A program made the translations under genes and the position numbers. Of a DNA stretch of 64,000 nucleotides, positions 61,210 through 64,000 are shown piece after piece (positions within the stretch are counted from its first letter, which is position 1; every line of letters begins with the position of its first letter). The notes below the pieces were generated by a model, which was given only the letters and a program-made list of their open reading frames with translations, had not been told where the DNA came from and searched no databases. This DNA comes from Candidatus Cloacimonadota bacterium (GTDB lineage: Bacteria; Cloacimonadota; Cloacimonadia; G963667145), in assembly GCA_963676615.1 (NCBI GenBank), contig OY781092.1:192001-256000 (forward strand). Reading direction: 5' to 3'.

Positions 61210-62072
61210 GCGACTACAAAAGCGGGTTTGTGGCGATTGTGGGCAAGCCGAATGTGGGCAAATCGACGCTGCTAAACAGCATTTTGGGGGCGAAGATTTC
61301 GATAACTTCGTCAAAGCCGCAGACCACTCGGCAAAGCGTGAAGGGCATCTACAGCGACGACGCTACGCAGATTGTGTTTTTGGATACGCCGGGCTTTGTG
61401 GAGCCTCGCTACGAGCTGCACAGCAAGCTTTTGGAGTATATCGATGCTGGGCTGAAAAAGGCGGATTTGATTGTTTTTGTTTCGTGTGCGCCAGGTTTTC
61501 CGTCGGAGTATGACAAAAAAATTATGGAGATTTTGGGTAAGTATAAGACGCCGAAGATTTTGCTTTTTAACAAGAGCGATTTGCATCAGGAGGCGGACGC
61601 AACGACTGAAATTCCCGGAGATTTTTTTGTGCAGGTGAAGAGCGTGAGCGCGCTGCAGGACGATTACAAGTCGTTTTTGCAGATTTTTAGGCCGTATTTG
61701 CCGCATTCTGTGCAGTTTTATGACCCCGAATATTTGACCGATATGCCGATGCGGTTTATCGCTTCGGAGCTGATTCGAGAGCAAGTTTTCCAAAATTATC
61801 AGGCGGAGATTCCGTATTCTGTGGCGGTGACGATCGAGAGTTATGTGGAGCACGAGAACAAGGTTGAAATTTTGGCGAATATTTGGGTGGAGCGAAAGTC
61901 GCAAAAGATTATTCTGATTGGCACAAATGGCGCTGGTCTAGCCCAAATTCGCAAAGTGGCGCAGTCGCAGATTTATCGCCTTGTGGACAAGCGGGTGAAG
62001 CTCAATCTTTGGGTGAAAATCAAGTCCGATTGGAAAAAGAAAAAGAACGCTCTGAAGGAGTTCGGATATTGA
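61206..62072 (+). CDS. era: GTPase Era
   Basis: GKPNVGKS, KPQTTR, DTPG, NKSD, EIPYS, KH domain. Confidence 0.96.
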   Translation: MSDYKSGFVAIVGKPNVGKSTLLNSILGAKISITSSKPQTTRQSVKGIYSDDATQIVFLDTPGFVEPRYELHSKLLEYIDAGLKKADLIVFVSCAPGFPSEYDKKIMEILGKYKTPKILLFNKSDLHQEADATTEIPGDFFVQVKSVSALQDDYKSFLQIFRPYLPHSVQFYDPEYLTDMPMRFIASELIREQVFQNYQAEIPYSVAVTIESYVEHENKVEILANIWVERKSQKIILIGTNGAGLAQIRKVAQSQIYRLVDKRVKLNLWVKIKSDWKKKKNALKEFGY

Positions 62073-62287
62073 TTTTGCTGTTTTTTGCGGTTTTGAAATT
62101 TTTCGGCTGAAAAAAACGGCGTTTTTTCTTTAGTCAGAGTAAATATTTTCCAAGAAAACTCTTGACTAACTTCCTTTGTGGTAGAGATTTATTCTATTGT
62201 GTTCTATTTTGGCTAGTTAGCGTAAAAATTAAAAAAGTTTTGAAATTTAAATAATATCGTAATTTATTGTATATAAGGAGAATACGA

Positions 62288-62527
62288 ATGTCAAAAAACA
62301 ATAGAGGCGCAGGACTCAGAGAAGTTCCTGGCAGAGGCAGAGGCGAATGCCCTTTGTGTGGCAGAACTGGAATTAAACTGGTTTATGAGGTGAAAAAGGG
62401 TGAAGAGACTTTGAAAGTTTGCAAAAATTGCCGCAACAAGAAATTTGCTGAGCCAAAGAAAGAGTCTCCAGCGCCAGAGGTTGAGGCGAAAGAAGAGTCC
62501 GCAGCAGAGGCTGAGGGCGACGCTTAG
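62288..62527 (+). CDS. Small basic zinc-finger protein (79 aa)
   Basis: AAGGAG RBS; CPLC-x20-CKNC; Arg/Gly/Lys-rich head and acidic tail. Confidence 0.8.
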   Translation: MSKNNRGAGLREVPGRGRGECPLCGRTGIKLVYEVKKGEETLKVCKNCRNKKFAEPKKESPAPEVEAKEESAAEAEGDA

Positions 62528-62560
62528 AAAGAACGACAAAAAGTAGGAGAGACGAAGAAG

Positions 62561-64000
62561 ATGCTGATAACTTTTCCTGATGGAGCGCAAAAGGAGTTCG
62601 CCAAAGGCACGACGCCGTTGCAGGTGGCAGCGAGCATTTCGGGCGGTTTGGCTAGAGCGGTTGTGGCTGCGAAAGTGAACGGCGAGCTTGTGGGTGTCGC
62701 CGAGCCGATTGAGGCGGATTGCAAATTTGAGCTGCTGAAGTTCGACAGCGATGAGGGCAAAAGCGTTTATTGGCACTCCACGGCGCACTTGTTGGCGCAA
62801 GCGGTGAAGGAACTTTTTCCTGATGTCAAAGTGGCGATTGGTCCTGCCATCGAGAACGGTTTTTACTACGATTTTGAGCGCGAGGACGCTTTTTCCGAAG
62901 AAGATCTGGAGCAGATTACCCAAAAAATGAAGGAGCTGTCCCAAAAGAAATTTGCTTATCAGCGGCAGGTGGTTTCGCGGTCTGAGGCGCTGGAGTATTT
63001 TCAGAAGCAAGACGAGAAATACAAGGTGGAGCTTTTGGCTGCGATTGGCGATGACCAGACGATTTCGATGTATTCGCAAGGCGATTTTACCGATTTGTGT
63101 CGAGGTCCGCACTTGCCGGATACGGGCGGAATTAAGGCGATTAAGCTTCTGAAAACTTCGGGCGCGTATTGGCGTGGCGACGAGAAAAACAAGATGCTCA
63201 AGCGGATTTATGGCATCAGTTTTCCTTCGAATAAGGAGCTGAACCAGTATTTGGCGAATTTGGAAGAGGCAAAAAAGCGCGATCATCGGCTCTTGGGCAA
63301 ACAGCTTGATCTTTTTTCGTTTTCGAGCAGAATCGGAGCAGGTCTCGTGTTGTGGCATCCAAAGGGCGCGCTGATTAGGAATTTTATCGAGAGTTTTTGG
63401 AAAGAGCAGCACCTGAAAAACGGCTACAGTTTGGTGAATACGCCGCACATCGGCAAAGCTGAGCTGTGGGAGACTTCGGGGCATTTGGGCTTTTATGACG
63501 AGAGTATGTACTCGCCGCTGAATATCGACGAGCAGAACTATTACATCAAGCCGATGAACTGCCCGTTTCACATCGAGATTTATAATAGCAGCAAGAAAAG
63601 TTATCGGCAGCTGCCGGTGCGATACGCCGAGATGGGCAATGTCTATCGCTATGAGCGTGCGGGGACTTTGCATGGGTTGATGCGGGTGCGCGGTTTTACG
63701 CAGGACGATGCGCATATTATTTGCATGAAGGAGCAGATCGACGCCGAGGTGAAGAAAACGGTTGAGTTTTCGATTTTTATGCTGAAATCTTTTGGGTTCG
63801 AAGATTTTGAAATCTATCTTTCGACCAAGCCAGAGGAAAAATTTGTGGGCGAGCTGGAAGATTGGCATAAGGCGGAAAGCGCTTTGGAGAACGCTTTGGT
63901 TGAGCTTGGTATCGATTTCAAAGTTGACGCTGGCGGTGGAGCTTTTTATGGACCGAAGATCGACATAAAAATCAAGGACGCTTTGGGCAGGTCTTGGCAG
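62561..64000 (+). CDS. thrS: Threonine--tRNA ligase (3' end runs off the window)
   Basis: Hand-translated: MLITFPDG (TGS), WHSTAHLLAQAV, GPAIENGFYYD, DLCRGPH, RDHRLLGK, KPMNCPFH, HGLMRVRGFTQDDAH, GAFYGPKID. Confidence 0.97.
   Translation, partial: MLITFPDGAQKEFAKGTTPLQVAASISGGLARAVVAAKVNGELVGVAEPIEADCKFELLKFDSDEGKSVYWHSTAHLLAQAVKELFPDVKVAIGPAIENGFYYDFEREDAFSEEDLEQITQKMKELSQKKFAYQRQVVSRSEALEYFQKQDEKYKVELLAAIGDDQTISMYSQGDFTDLCRGPHLPDTGGIKAIKLLKTSGAYWRGDEKNKMLKRIYGISFPSNKELNQYLANLEEAKKRDHRLLGKQLDLFSFSSRIGAGLVLWHPKGALIRNFIESFWKEQHLKNGYSLVNTPHIGKAELWETSGHLGFYDESMYSPLNIDEQNYYIKPMNCPFHIEIYNSSKKSYRQLPVRYAEMGNVYRYERAGTLHGLMRVRGFTQDDAHIICMKEQIDAEVKKTVEFSIFMLKSFGFEDFEIYLSTKPEEKFVGELEDWHKAESALENALVELGIDFKVDAGGGAFYGPKIDIKIKDALGRSWQ

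Noticed and set aside
62073..62560. T-box leader for thrS
   Set aside because: No T-box consensus or terminator/antiterminator seen; a CDS occupies the space before thrS.

Overview
Gene-dense bacterial chromosomal segment of about 60 CDS. It most likely comes from an anaerobic or facultatively anaerobic diderm: it carries LPS heptosyltransferase-like genes, TolC/RND efflux and a class III ribonucleotide reductase. The taxon cannot be fixed from sequence alone. From left to right: a truncated SWIM-SNF2 helicase; moaE, rpiB, SIMPL, a P3A H+-ATPase and gpsA; a roughly 14 kb LPS/O-antigen operon (GT9, GT4 and GT2 transferases, waaL, rmlCDBA, fdtA/fdtB-like genes); envelope genes; a mgl-like/tagF-like/mobB/ltaS-like operon; a eukaryote-type UGPase; a trxA/ArsR/disulfide reductase/CoA-binding/TDT channel operon; a TetR/TolC/MFP/RND efflux locus; uvrD; nrdD-nrdG-uvrB; an M16 peptidase; SRP RNA; a YfhO-like gene; era; a small zinc-finger gene; and a truncated thrS. 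The LPS operon contains an AT-rich patch with a chimeric deletion scar and two different MNT-HEPN modules. No tRNA, rRNA, CRISPR array, transposase or prophage was seen. Nothing here is demonstrably a new system. The best candidates are the two MNT-HEPN pairs embedded in the LPS operon, the ArsR redox operon, the glycerophosphate-polymer genes, two small ORFs and a -35-dominated promoter pattern. All calls come from reading motifs by eye, without database searches.
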